Positions 47,560 through 56,032 of a stretch of DNA of 64,000 nucleotides are shown here, piece by piece; position 1 is the first letter of the stretch; each line of letters opens with the position of its first letter. Below the pieces are notes generated by a model, which was given only the letters and a program-made list of their open reading frames with translations, was not told the origin of the DNA and made no database searches. This DNA is from Gaiellaceae bacterium. Its GTDB lineage: Bacteria; Actinomycetota; Thermoleophilia; Gaiellales; Gaiellaceae. Location: NCBI GenBank assembly GCA_035623685.1, contig DASPSY010000094.1:3305-67304 (forward strand). The letters are read 5' to 3'. A program made the translations under genes and the position numbers.

Positions 47560-48714
47560 CTAGAACCGCGCGGTCGCGCCGAGATGGCGCTCGAAGGCGC
47601 CTGTCTCCACGATCTCGACGATCTGCCCTGCCACGTGGCGCAGCTCGTCCTCCGTGTTGAAGTAGTGCGGCCCGAGGCGGATGCCGGCGTCCGGCCGGAA
47701 GTCACAGAGGACCTGGCGCTCGGCGAGTTCGCGGTGGACCGCCTCGAACTCCGGCGTGCGGACCGTCACTGTGCCGCCGCGGCGCATGGGATCGCGCGGG
47801 CTGGCGATCTCGAAGCCCGCCTCGTCGAAGAGGTCGAGCAGGAGCTGCGTCTGACGCAACGAGTTCTCGCGGATCCGGTCGACGCCGATCTCGTCGATCA
47901 GCTCGTAGCCGGCCGTTCCCGCGTACAAGGCCGGCACGTTCGGCGTCCCGGTCAGGAAACGCGCCGCGCCCTGCGCATACTCGAGCTCGGGCTGGAACGC
48001 GAACGGGCGCGCGTGCGCCTGCCAGCCCATGAACGTCGGCTCGAGGCGCTCCGCGAGATCGGGACGCACGTACAGCCAGCCGTTGCCAGGGCCGCCGCAC
48101 AACCACTTGACGCTCCCGCCGACCGCGAAGTCGACGTCGAGTGCGGTGACGTCGAGCGGGACGATGCCTGCCGACTGGTACGCGTCGAGGACGACGTGGG
48201 CGCCGACCTCGTGCGCGCGCCGCACGATCGAGGCCACGTCCTGGATCTCGCCGGTCCTGAACAGCACGTGCGTGACCGGCACGAGCAGCGTGCGCTCGTC
48301 GATCGCCTCGACGATCGCCGCGTCATCCGGCACGACGACGACGTCGAGGTCGGGCTGCGCCTGGTAGAGGTAGCGAACGGACGGGAAGTTGCCTTCCTCG
48401 TACACGACGCGGTTTCGCGACGGCTCGACTGGGCGGAAGCAGGAGAGGACGATCGCCTCCGCGATTGCGACGTTCTGGTGCATCACCGTCGTGCCGCACG
48501 GTGCGCCGATGATCCGGCCGACGATGTCGCCGACCGTCAGGGGCATCTCCCACCAGCCTTCGGCCCACGCCCTGATCCCGCGCTCGCGCCACACGCGCGC
48601 GTACTCGAGCACGCGCTCCTCGGCCTTCGCGGGCATCGCGCCGAGCGAATGGTTGATCAGGTACGTCGTGTCACGGAGGATCGGGAACTGCTCGCGGTAC
48701 TCCGTGAGCTCCAC
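47560..48714 (-). CDS. class-V aminotransferase-fold PLP enzyme, kynureninase-like
   Basis: MELTEYREQFPILRDTTYLINHSLGAMP..., LDAYQSAG and GGSVKWLCGGPGNGWLYV (PLP Lys context resembling kynureninase). 384 aa. Confidence 0.7.
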   Translation of the reverse strand: MELTEYREQFPILRDTTYLINHSLGAMPAKAEERVLEYARVWRERGIRAWAEGWWEMPLTVGDIVGRIIGAPCGTTVMHQNVAIAEAIVLSCFRPVEPSRNRVVYEEGNFPSVRYLYQAQPDLDVVVVPDDAAIVEAIDERTLLVPVTHVLFRTGEIQDVASIVRRAHEVGAHVVLDAYQSAGIVPLDVTALDVDFAVGGSVKWLCGGPGNGWLYVRPDLAERLEPTFMGWQAHARPFAFQPELEYAQGAARFLTGTPNVPALYAGTAGYELIDEIGVDRIRENSLRQTQLLLDLFDEAGFEIASPRDPMRRGGTVTVRTPEFEAVHRELAERQVLCDFRPDAGIRLGPHYFNTEDELRHVAGQIVEIVETGAFERHLGATARF

Positions 48715-48726
48715 GTGCGGGGCCGT

Positions 48727-49818
48727 CTAGGTCTGCTGAGCGGCGCTCCGCTCGGCCGGGCCGACGTAGCGCGCGGACGGCCGGAACAGCCTGCCCGTCC
48801 GCTTCTGCTCGAGGATGTGCGCCGACCAACCGGCGACGCGCGAGCACGCGAACATCGCGGGAGCGAGCGGCGGCGGGATCTCCGCGACGTCGAGCACGAG
48901 CGCGGAGTAGTACTCGACGTTCGTCTTGAGCGGACGCTCCGGATGCCTGCGCTCGAGCTCCGCGAGCGCCGCCTCCTCGAGCTGCTCGGCGATCTCGATC
49001 TGCGGCGAGCCGAGCTCGCGTGCCGTCCTTTTCAGGATCCTCGACCGCGGATCCTCGGCGCGGTAGACGCGGTGCCCGAAGCCCATGATGCGTTTGCCGG
49101 AGTCGAGCGACTCGCGCACCCATCTCTCCGGGTCCCCCATCGCGGTGACCTCTTCCAGCATCGGCTTCACGTACGCGGGCGCGCCGCCGTGGAGCGGCCC
49201 CGAGAGGGCGCCAACCGCCGACGAGAGCGCGGCGCCGCAGTCCGCTCCGGTCGACGCCACGATCCGCGCGGCGAACGTCGACGCGTTCAGCCCGTGCTCG
49301 GCCGTGCAGATCCAGTACGTGTCGATTGCCTTGACGTGGCGGGGATCGGCATCGCCGCGCCAGCGCAGCAGGAACCTCGCGGCCGCGGTCTCCCCACGGT
49401 CGACGAGGTCGTCGGGAACGACGTCGGTCCTCCCGTCCGCGATCCGTGCGGAGCGGGCGACGATCCCCATCATCTGTGAGGAGAGTCGCCCGAGGTCCGT
49501 GCGCGCCTGGTCGACGGAGATCTCGTTCAGCTTCCCGAGCTTCCACTCGCCCGCGAGCCGTGCAGTCTCGGCCTGGAGGTCGGCCGGTGCGTTCCCGGTG
49601 AGCCGCGCCGGCTCGTACGGCTCGGGCATGGGCATCACGGAGTGGAGATCGTCGTCGACGAGCAGCCCCCAGACGTTCTCGTATGGGTAGTGGCCGACCA
49701 GCTCCTCGATATCGACGCCGCGGTAACGGAGGACGCCGCCTTCGCGGTCGGGCTCGGCAATCTCGGTCTCGACGGCAACGACACCTTCGAGCCCCGGCTT
49801 GAAGTCATTGCTGCTCAC
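48727..49818 (-). CDS. citrate synthase family enzyme (short type, 363 aa; citrate vs 2-methylcitrate not resolved)
   Basis: GLEGVVAVETEIA...LRYRGVDIEEL..., EHGLNASTFAARIVAST, GPLHGGA, MGFGHRVYRAEDPR and FACSRVAGWSAHILEQ. Confidence 0.85.
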   Translation of the reverse strand: MSSNDFKPGLEGVVAVETEIAEPDREGGVLRYRGVDIEELVGHYPYENVWGLLVDDDLHSVMPMPEPYEPARLTGNAPADLQAETARLAGEWKLGKLNEISVDQARTDLGRLSSQMMGIVARSARIADGRTDVVPDDLVDRGETAAARFLLRWRGDADPRHVKAIDTYWICTAEHGLNASTFAARIVASTGADCGAALSSAVGALSGPLHGGAPAYVKPMLEEVTAMGDPERWVRESLDSGKRIMGFGHRVYRAEDPRSRILKRTARELGSPQIEIAEQLEEAALAELERRHPERPLKTNVEYYSALVLDVAEIPPPLAPAMFACSRVAGWSAHILEQKRTGRLFRPSARYVGPAERSAAQQT

Positions 49819-50768
49819 GACGTTCCCTCCAACTCGATCTCGACGCCGAGCGACTGCTCTCGCGCCGCGGCGAGGACAAGGGCTGCGGCGGCGGCGTCCT
49901 GGATCGCGACGCCCACCGACTTATACAGGGTGATCTCGTCTCTGGAGCGGCGTCCTGGCCGCGCCCCGCTGACGAGCTCGCCGAGGTCTGCGTCGACGCG
50001 CTCCGGGTCGAGCCCGACGAGCTCGGGTGCGCCCGCGGGTGGCGGCGCGAGTGCGTCGACTCGCGACTCGACCACCAGCGTCGCATCGGCCACGGTCTCC
50101 TCGTCCACCTCTCGTCCGGACGGGTTCAGGCCGACCGAGTTGACGTGCGTGCCGGGGTCGAGCCACTCGCGACGGACGACTGGTTCGACGGCGTGCGTCG
50201 TCGCTGCGACCACGTCTGCACCGCGAATCGCATCCTCGTAGGAGGCGAACGCCGTCCCGCCGACCTCGGCGGCGAACGCCTCCGCCTTCGCCCGGTCGCG
50301 GCCGGCGACCCTGATCTCCTCGATCGGGCGGACACGGGGAATCGCAGCGGCGTGCGTCCTCGCCTGGACTCCGGTGCCGATCACCGCGAGGACGCGTGCG
50401 TCGTCGCGCGCGAGCAGGCGCGTTGCGAGCGCCGACCCGGCCGCGGTCCGCGCGGCCGTGACGTACGTCCCGTCCATCAGCGCGAGCGGCGTGCCGTTGT
50501 CTGCATCGAACACGCAGATCACAGCCTGGTGGGTCTCGCGGTCCGTGTTGTGCGGGAAGAGCGTGACGAGCTTGCAGGCAAGGCCGGCCGACGGCAGGTA
50601 CGCCGGCATCGCCCCAAGCAGTCCCTCTTTCGGCTCGACCAGCGCGGCGATGCGCGACGGCATCGACGCCTTCCCCGCCGTCAAGTCGGCATGCGCATCC
50701 GCGAGCGCGTCGACCAGACGGTCGAGGTCGAGTACGGCCTCCACGTGGCGTTTGGTCAGGACGAGCAC
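49815..50768 (-). CDS. ornithine cyclodeaminase / mu-crystallin family NAD(P) enzyme
   Basis: GTG 50768 with GAGGAG SD: (M)LVLTKRHVEAVLDLDRLVDAL..., TAARTAAGSALATRLLA, LAVIGTGVQART, and NSVG. GTGA overlap with the citrate synthase start. Confidence 0.75.
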   Translation of the reverse strand: MLVLTKRHVEAVLDLDRLVDALADAHADLTAGKASMPSRIAALVEPKEGLLGAMPAYLPSAGLACKLVTLFPHNTDRETHQAVICVFDADNGTPLALMDGTYVTAARTAAGSALATRLLARDDARVLAVIGTGVQARTHAAAIPRVRPIEEIRVAGRDRAKAEAFAAEVGGTAFASYEDAIRGADVVAATTHAVEPVVRREWLDPGTHVNSVGLNPSGREVDEETVADATLVVESRVDALAPPPAGAPELVGLDPERVDADLGELVSGARPGRRSRDEITLYKSVGVAIQDAAAAALVLAAAREQSLGVEIELEGTS

Positions 50769-51793
50769 TACGACAGTCTCCTCAGCAGCCCAAGCGCTTG
50801 CTGGTTCCAGGGGACCCGGTGCGTGACGCCCGCTGCAGCCACCCGTCCGCGATTCGCGAGGTACCAGTCGTACGTCTCGGTCAACGCCTCGCGGTTCGAC
50901 AGACGCGGCTGCCAGCCGAGCACGCGCTGCGCTCTCGTGACGTCGACGAACGAGTCGCGATGCGCGGTCTTGTAGTGCCACTCGGCAAGCGGAGAGACGT
51001 GCATCAACTCGAGCGCGCGCAACACGACCTCTGCGGGTCGGACCGGCACAGGCTGCAGCCGCGAGGACGAGTGCGCATGCGCGATGAGCCCACCGAGGTC
51101 CTCGCGAACGGTTCCGAACTCCGTCGCACCGACGTTGAACGTCGTTCCGGCCGCCTCGGACGTCGTCGCGGCGCGCACGATCGCGTCGACGAGATCCTCG
51201 ACCGAGAGCAGCTGATAGCGGTTGTTCCCCTTGCCGAGGATGTAGATGCGCCGACCTTCGCGGATCCAGTCGAACAGGATCTCGAACACACCGAGACGCT
51301 CCGGACCGATGAAGGTCTTCGGCCGCACGATCGTGGTCTCGACTCCCGCGACGCGGCAGAGCGCCTCGCCGTCGATCTTCGACTCGCCGTACCAGCCCAC
51401 GCCGACGAGCGGATCGTCCTCTTCGATCGGGTGCTTCTCGGGAACGCCGTACACCGCGGTCGACGAGATGAAGACGACGCGGCCGACACGTGCGTCCTGC
51501 GCGGCTCGGAGGACGTTCTCAGTGCCGCCGACGTTGACGGAGCGAATCGCCTCTCGCGACGCCTGGATCGGCAGCGCCGCAGCGGCGTGGACGACGACAT
51601 CGGCGCCGTCGACGAGCTCGCGCACAGCTGAGAGGTCTCTCACGTCTCGCTCGAGCGCTTGGACGGAACGCTCGAGCCCGGGGTCGTCGAGCGGGACGAT
51701 GTCCAGCGTCCGCACTGAATGGCCGTCGGCGAGCAGGCGACGCGCCAGATGCAGGCCGAGGAAGCCTGCGCCGCCGGAGATGGCCCACTGCAT
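50768..51793 (-). CDS. NAD-dependent epimerase/dehydratase (extended SDR)
   Basis: MQWAISGGAGFLGLHLARRLLADGHSV is a Rossmann GxxGxxG motif. YGESK is the catalytic YxxxK. 341 aa. Confidence 0.8.
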   Translation of the reverse strand: MQWAISGGAGFLGLHLARRLLADGHSVRTLDIVPLDDPGLERSVQALERDVRDLSAVRELVDGADVVVHAAAALPIQASREAIRSVNVGGTENVLRAAQDARVGRVVFISSTAVYGVPEKHPIEEDDPLVGVGWYGESKIDGEALCRVAGVETTIVRPKTFIGPERLGVFEILFDWIREGRRIYILGKGNNRYQLLSVEDLVDAIVRAATTSEAAGTTFNVGATEFGTVREDLGGLIAHAHSSSRLQPVPVRPAEVVLRALELMHVSPLAEWHYKTAHRDSFVDVTRAQRVLGWQPRLSNREALTETYDWYLANRGRVAAAGVTHRVPWNQQALGLLRRLS

Positions 51794-51847
51794 CCGTTTG
51801 ACCCTAGCGGGAGGAGTCTCGCGGCTGCGGCGAAAGAGGGTCCTCCC

Positions 51848-52753
51848 GTGCGACGCCTCGTTTGCGTCCTGTTGATCGCGCTCGCCGTTCCCGCGGTGGC
51901 GTCAGCGCACGTGAATCCCCAGGCAGCTGGGCTCCAGGTCGCACTGCGTGCATACGGTCTGTACAGCGGGCCGATCGACGGCATCGCGGGACCCGCGACG
52001 GTCCACGGCGTCGAGCGCTTCCAGCGGCGCGTCGGCCTTCACGCCGACGGGAAGGCCGGGCCTGCGACTCGTCGCGCGATGGGACCACTGGGCCGGCCGT
52101 TGTTCGGCCGCCGCCCACTGCACCGTGGGCTGTTCGGCTGGGACGTCTCGGTGCTGCAGTTCCTGCTCGTGCGACAGGGCCTGCTCGTCCCGATCGACGG
52201 GTACTTCGACGCACGGACGGACCGTGCGCTGCGCCGGTTCCAGCGGAAGCGCAGGCTTGCGGTCGACGGGATCGCGGGGAAGCGGACGCTCGCCGCGTTC
52301 ACGAAACGCACGACCACCGCCGCCGATCACGCTGTTCTCGTTCGACAGGTCACGACGACGTCGGCTTCACGCGTGCGCTCGCTGCTCAACTACTGGGCCA
52401 GGCGATACGGCGTGGACGCGCAGCTCGTCCGCGCGGTCGCATGGATGGAGTCCGGCTACCAGACCAATCTCACCTCGTCCGCAGGTGCGTGGGGAGTGAT
52501 GCAGATCCTCCCGCCGACGTGGAGTTACGTCGAGACGGTGCTGCTCGGACAGAAGGTGCCGCGAACCGCATCGGGCAACATCCGGGTCGGTGTCCTCTAC
52601 CTCCGGGAGCTCTTGCACGAGTTCGGCGGCAACGTGCGGCTCGCGCTCGCCGGGTGGTATCAGGGCCCTGCGTCGGTTCGCAAGCTCGGCGTCTTGCGCG
52701 AGTCGAAGCTCTTCGTCGCCAACGTGTTGGCCCTCCGCGACGGCGCGGTCTGA
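51848..52753 (+). CDS. secreted lytic transglycosylase (2x peptidoglycan-binding domain + SLT domain)
   Basis: GTG 51848: VRRLVCVLLIALAVPAVASA (signal). Two PG_binding_1-like repeats (LRAYGLYSGPIDGIAGPAT...; DGYFDARTDRALRRFQ). SLT catalytic region AVAWMESGYQ...GVMQI. Confidence 0.75.
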   Translation: MRRLVCVLLIALAVPAVASAHVNPQAAGLQVALRAYGLYSGPIDGIAGPATVHGVERFQRRVGLHADGKAGPATRRAMGPLGRPLFGRRPLHRGLFGWDVSVLQFLLVRQGLLVPIDGYFDARTDRALRRFQRKRRLAVDGIAGKRTLAAFTKRTTTAADHAVLVRQVTTTSASRVRSLLNYWARRYGVDAQLVRAVAWMESGYQTNLTSSAGAWGVMQILPPTWSYVETVLLGQKVPRTASGNIRVGVLYLRELLHEFGGNVRLALAGWYQGPASVRKLGVLRESKLFVANVLALRDGAV

Positions 52754-54051
52754 AGCACGCGCGAGGGCACCGGCTGCGGCGGCGGTCTCGAGTCGACGAG
52801 CACGGCAGCGGCGAGCAACACGGCCATTCCGGCGAGACTCTCACCGAGCACGCTTCGCGGGAGGACGCGGAACAACCCCTCGTCCCCGTGCGCGACCCGC
52901 GGCACCGCGAACACGCGGTGCGCGCCTCCCCACGCCAGCGCGAGCGCGACGAGCGAGAGCTTGACGATCAGGACGTGGCCGTAGCTCGTCGTCCAGAGGT
53001 CGTGGACGCGCGGCAGGCGAAGGACGCTGAGGTAGATGCCGGCCGCGAGCAACAGGGCGATCAGGACGGTCGCGAACGTCGAGAAGCGGAGGAACGTTCG
53101 ACGCCGCAGCTCCGGTGCGAGCGGCAGGACGACGACAGCCAGCTGGACGAGGCCACCGATCCAGAGACACGCGGCCGAGAGATGCACCCAGTCCGCGAGC
53201 TCCGACTTCCACGAGTCGCCGACGTCGGCCGCCGAGTGGCCGGAAAGCGACAGCCCCGACAGGAACCCGAGCCCGAGCAGGAACGCCGGCCAGAGGAGGA
53301 CCGTCCGGTCCGATAGCCAGGCGAGGTAGAGGAACGCGGTCACGAGCGCGAACCCGAGCGTCATCGCGATGAACGCGCTCCCGAAGCGCGTGCCGTTCGC
53401 GATCGGCGACAGGTCGCCGTACAGGAAGCGGCTGAACGGCAGCTGCAACGCGTCCTCCGAGCGGAGCAGGAAGGCGACGATCCCGACCTGCAGCGTCGCG
53501 ATCGCACCGATTCCCGTGAGGACGTAGAAGCGCTTGTCCGCCTGCGGCGGCAATGTGTCGCGGACGACGATCAGACGGAAGCCGAGACCGCCGACGAGCA
53601 ATGCGAGCGAGAGGAAGTACAGCCAGCGCACGACGTGCTCGGTCCGAGTAGGCCCGGACGCGCCGTACGCCTGCGTCGGCGGCGGCGCAGGCACGCGGAG
53701 CCCGAAGGTGTAGACGCCCGAGACGACGTGCCCGTCTGCGGAGATGACGTGCCACCGAATCGTGTACGCGCCCTTGACGAGCCTCTTCAGGGCCACGACG
53801 ACGTCGTGCGTGTCGCGGTCGGAGCGCGCCGCGCCGGAGACGATCTTCCCGGTCGCGGTGTACACCTCGATCGAGTTGGGCAGCGGCTTCACCTGCTGAT
53901 CGAAGACGAGTCGCACAGTGGTCGGCGCGACCGCGACTCGCTGCTCGAATCCCGGTGACTCGTGGATGAGGCTCGCGTGCGCGAACGCGGCCGACGGGAA
54001 CGCGAGCGCGGCCCCGACCGCCAGAGCGAGCGCTGCCCTCCTTCGGATCAT
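52660..54051 (-). CDS. copper resistance CopC-CopD fusion protein (YcnJ-like)
   Basis: ATG 54051: MIRRRAALALAVGAALAFPSAAFA-HASLIHESPG...YTIRWHVISADGHVVSGVYTF is a CopC domain with N-terminal His after signal cleavage. It is followed by about 8 TM helices of CopD type. The last ~31 codons overlap the convergent SLT gene. Confidence 0.8.
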   Translation of the reverse strand: MIRRRAALALAVGAALAFPSAAFAHASLIHESPGFEQRVAVAPTTVRLVFDQQVKPLPNSIEVYTATGKIVSGAARSDRDTHDVVVALKRLVKGAYTIRWHVISADGHVVSGVYTFGLRVPAPPPTQAYGASGPTRTEHVVRWLYFLSLALLVGGLGFRLIVVRDTLPPQADKRFYVLTGIGAIATLQVGIVAFLLRSEDALQLPFSRFLYGDLSPIANGTRFGSAFIAMTLGFALVTAFLYLAWLSDRTVLLWPAFLLGLGFLSGLSLSGHSAADVGDSWKSELADWVHLSAACLWIGGLVQLAVVVLPLAPELRRRTFLRFSTFATVLIALLLAAGIYLSVLRLPRVHDLWTTSYGHVLIVKLSLVALALAWGGAHRVFAVPRVAHGDEGLFRVLPRSVLGESLAGMAVLLAAAVLVDSRPPPQPVPSRVLQTAPSRRANTLATKSFDSRKTPSLRTDAGP

Positions 54052-54632
54052 CGGTGCGGAACCCCGGCGAGCGGCGACAAGTGACCGAAGACGGGTGCGA
54101 GGTCGCGGTCGCAGTAGAGCATCACCGCGAGCACGAGGAACGTCACCGCGAACATGCCGCTGAGCGCAGGCGAGCGCGGACGGATGCAGCGGGCGAGCGG
54201 TATGACCGCAGCGCCGATCAGCGTCCAGCCCATCAGGTGGTGCAGGAAGGACGACCGTTGGAAGTACCAGCCGTTCTGCTCGTGGACCAGCAGCGCCGTC
54301 CCCGAGATCAGTAGTGCCGCGACCGTCGTCAGCCGCCACCACGGGTTCGAGATCTTCCCGCGGACGAGCGCGAGCTCGGTCGCGCCGGCGAGCATCAGCA
54401 CTTCCGCCCACGAGCCGTGCGCGACCATGTGGATCATCGAGTTCGTGAAGAAGGTCATCACCGGCCACATCAAGATGCCCATCAAGAAGAGCACCCCGGG
54501 CCAGAGGTAGGCGCGCCAGCGCCGCTTGCACCAGACCTCCGTCCCGACGATCGTCTCGGCCAGAAGGCAGAGTCCGAGGATCACGAAGCCCGTTGCGAAC
54601 ATCCAGTGGACGTGCTCAGCGGGGGGCTGCAT
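54048..54632 (-). CDS. His-rich polytopic membrane protein, uncharacterised; ATGA-coupled to copCD
   Basis: 194 aa with about 5-6 hydrophobic helices. His residues lie in or near helices (EHVHW, IHMVAHGSW, LVHEQ, FLHHLMGW, FGH). GC content is locally lower. Confidence 0.6.
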   Translation of the reverse strand: MQPPAEHVHWMFATGFVILGLCLLAETIVGTEVWCKRRWRAYLWPGVLFLMGILMWPVMTFFTNSMIHMVAHGSWAEVLMLAGATELALVRGKISNPWWRLTTVAALLISGTALLVHEQNGWYFQRSSFLHHLMGWTLIGAAVIPLARCIRPRSPALSGMFAVTFLVLAVMLYCDRDLAPVFGHLSPLAGVPHR

Positions 54633-54894
54633 CGTCCAGGTCCTCGAGGAGTCCGGGTGCGATCAGGATGTGGAAGAGCAGGCCGACGAGCACGACGAGC
54701 AGCGGCGGCTCGACCGCCAGCCACCAGAACGACTGGCCGTGGGGATGGAGCAGGGTGATGCGGTACGGCTGGATCAGCGCCCAGGCGGTTCCGGCGAGCG
54801 CGGTCAGCGGGCCGAGCACCGAGATTGCGCGCGCACGCGCCGACCGGTGTCGCAGCCGTTCGAGGTCGAGATCGCTGGCGAGTTCTGCATGCAC
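54616..54894 (-). CDS. small membrane protein (92 aa, 2 predicted TM)
   Basis: ...AISVLGPLTALAGTAWALIQPYRITLLHPHGQSFWWLAVEPPLLVVLVGLLFHILIAPG... Overlaps the next gene by 17 nt. Supported only by hydrophobicity and frame. Confidence 0.4.
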   Translation of the reverse strand: MHAELASDLDLERLRHRSARARAISVLGPLTALAGTAWALIQPYRITLLHPHGQSFWWLAVEPPLLVVLVGLLFHILIAPGLLEDLDDAAPR

Positions 54895-54953
54895 GACGTC
54901 CTCCCATCGTCGAGATTCGCGGGACCGAGACCCGCGGACGTCGTGCCCGCGGG

Positions 54954-55616
54954 CTAGGCCGGCGCGGGAGGAGGCCGGCTCTCGAAGGCCAGGCCGAAGA
55001 GGCTCCGGGGCGTGACCTCCTCACGAGCCCGGACGACCGGGACCGGCACGGGCGCACCCGCGGCACGCGATGCCCTGGCGGCCGTGTCACGCGCATACGT
55101 CTCGTATTCGCAGAGCCAGACCGCGACCGCCCGGTAGACGACCGCGACGACGACCGAGAGCACGGCGAACACCGGCAGCGCGGACGTGTGCAACCACGGC
55201 GCGAGCAGCGGCCAGCGCCCCGTCGCGAGTCGCTCCGCGTCCATCTGTACGAGGAAGATCGAGGAAGTGGCGAGGAACGATCCGAGCCAGAGACGCGGCG
55301 ACAGCTCGATGCGCACCCGGGGCCGCGCCGGCGTGGCGCTGCCGCCGTGGCGGGCGAGCAGGCGGCGCGCCGTCCCAGCGACCGAGCGGGCCTTGGCGAA
55401 CCGCCATGCGACGCGCGCGAGCATCAGTGCCACGCCGGCCTTCACGAAGATCATCAGGATCGGGTAGTAGTTCGCTCCCGAGTACGAGGGCGAGGCCACG
55501 TGCCGGCCGACGTCGAGACGATGCGTCAGCGACCGGCCGGCGAGCTCGGCGACGAGCGCGAGCATCCCGAGGGCGAGTCGCGCCAGCAAGACGTGGTGGC
55601 GCCGGGCACGGTCCAT
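54954..55616 (-). CDS. hypothetical membrane protein (220 aa)
   Basis: ATG 55616 in ORF 54954..55841: MDRARRHHVLLARLALGMLALVAELAG..., YYPILMIFVKAGVALMLARV, LWLGSFLATSSIFLVQ and ALPVFAVLSVVVAVVY suggest about 4 TM helices. Confidence 0.5.
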   Translation of the reverse strand: MDRARRHHVLLARLALGMLALVAELAGRSLTHRLDVGRHVASPSYSGANYYPILMIFVKAGVALMLARVAWRFAKARSVAGTARRLLARHGGSATPARPRVRIELSPRLWLGSFLATSSIFLVQMDAERLATGRWPLLAPWLHTSALPVFAVLSVVVAVVYRAVAVWLCEYETYARDTAARASRAAGAPVPVPVVRAREEVTPRSLFGLAFESRPPPAPA

Positions 55617-55648
55617 GGTCGAAGTGTGCGCGCTGCTCGGCGCGCCGG

Positions 55649-56032
55649 TCAACCGAGAAGCGTGAGCGTCCATTCGTCGGCGCAGCGGTCTGCGAAGCCG
55701 AGCAGCAGGATCCGCTGCCAGCGCCCGAGGCACAGGCTCCCGTCGCTGTACGGGATCTGCTCGGTCCGCGGCCCGAGCAGGGAGCAGACGACACGCACCC
55801 GGTCCGGGGCATCGAGCGGGACGAGCCGCTCGAGCAGGCACTCGAGGTCGAGGAAGAAGCCCGTCTCGCGTTCCTGCACGCGCACGAGCGACGGGTCGCC
55901 GCTCGGCGACACGTACGCGATCCCGCTGCCTCCTGCCTTCCCGACAACGCGCTGGACGTCGCTCGTGATGTCGAGGACCGTCAGGTTCGGCAGCGCCGCC
56001 GCGATCGAGACGGGGATCTCGACCGACGTCAC
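55649..56032 (-). CDS. YjbQ/UPF0047-like protein (divergent), GTGA-coupled to ispH
   Basis: LDITSDVQRVV..., ERETGFFLDLECLLERLVP and IPYSDGSLCLGRWQRILLL follow the UPF0047 pattern. The usual HTT and His motifs are not obvious. Confidence 0.5.
   Translation of the reverse strand: MTSVEIPVSIAAALPNLTVLDITSDVQRVVGKAGGSGIAYVSPSGDPSLVRVQERETGFFLDLECLLERLVPLDAPDRVRVVCSLLGPRTEQIPYSDGSLCLGRWQRILLLGFADRCADEWTLTLLG

Noticed and set aside
54918-54953. Clustered CGCGGG/CCCGCG complementary segments between the 220-aa and 92-aa membrane-protein genes (possible attenuator/terminator)
   Set aside because: The stems are only 6 bp, there is no U-tract, and such CG-repeats arise easily by chance in this composition. 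The evidence is insufficient.
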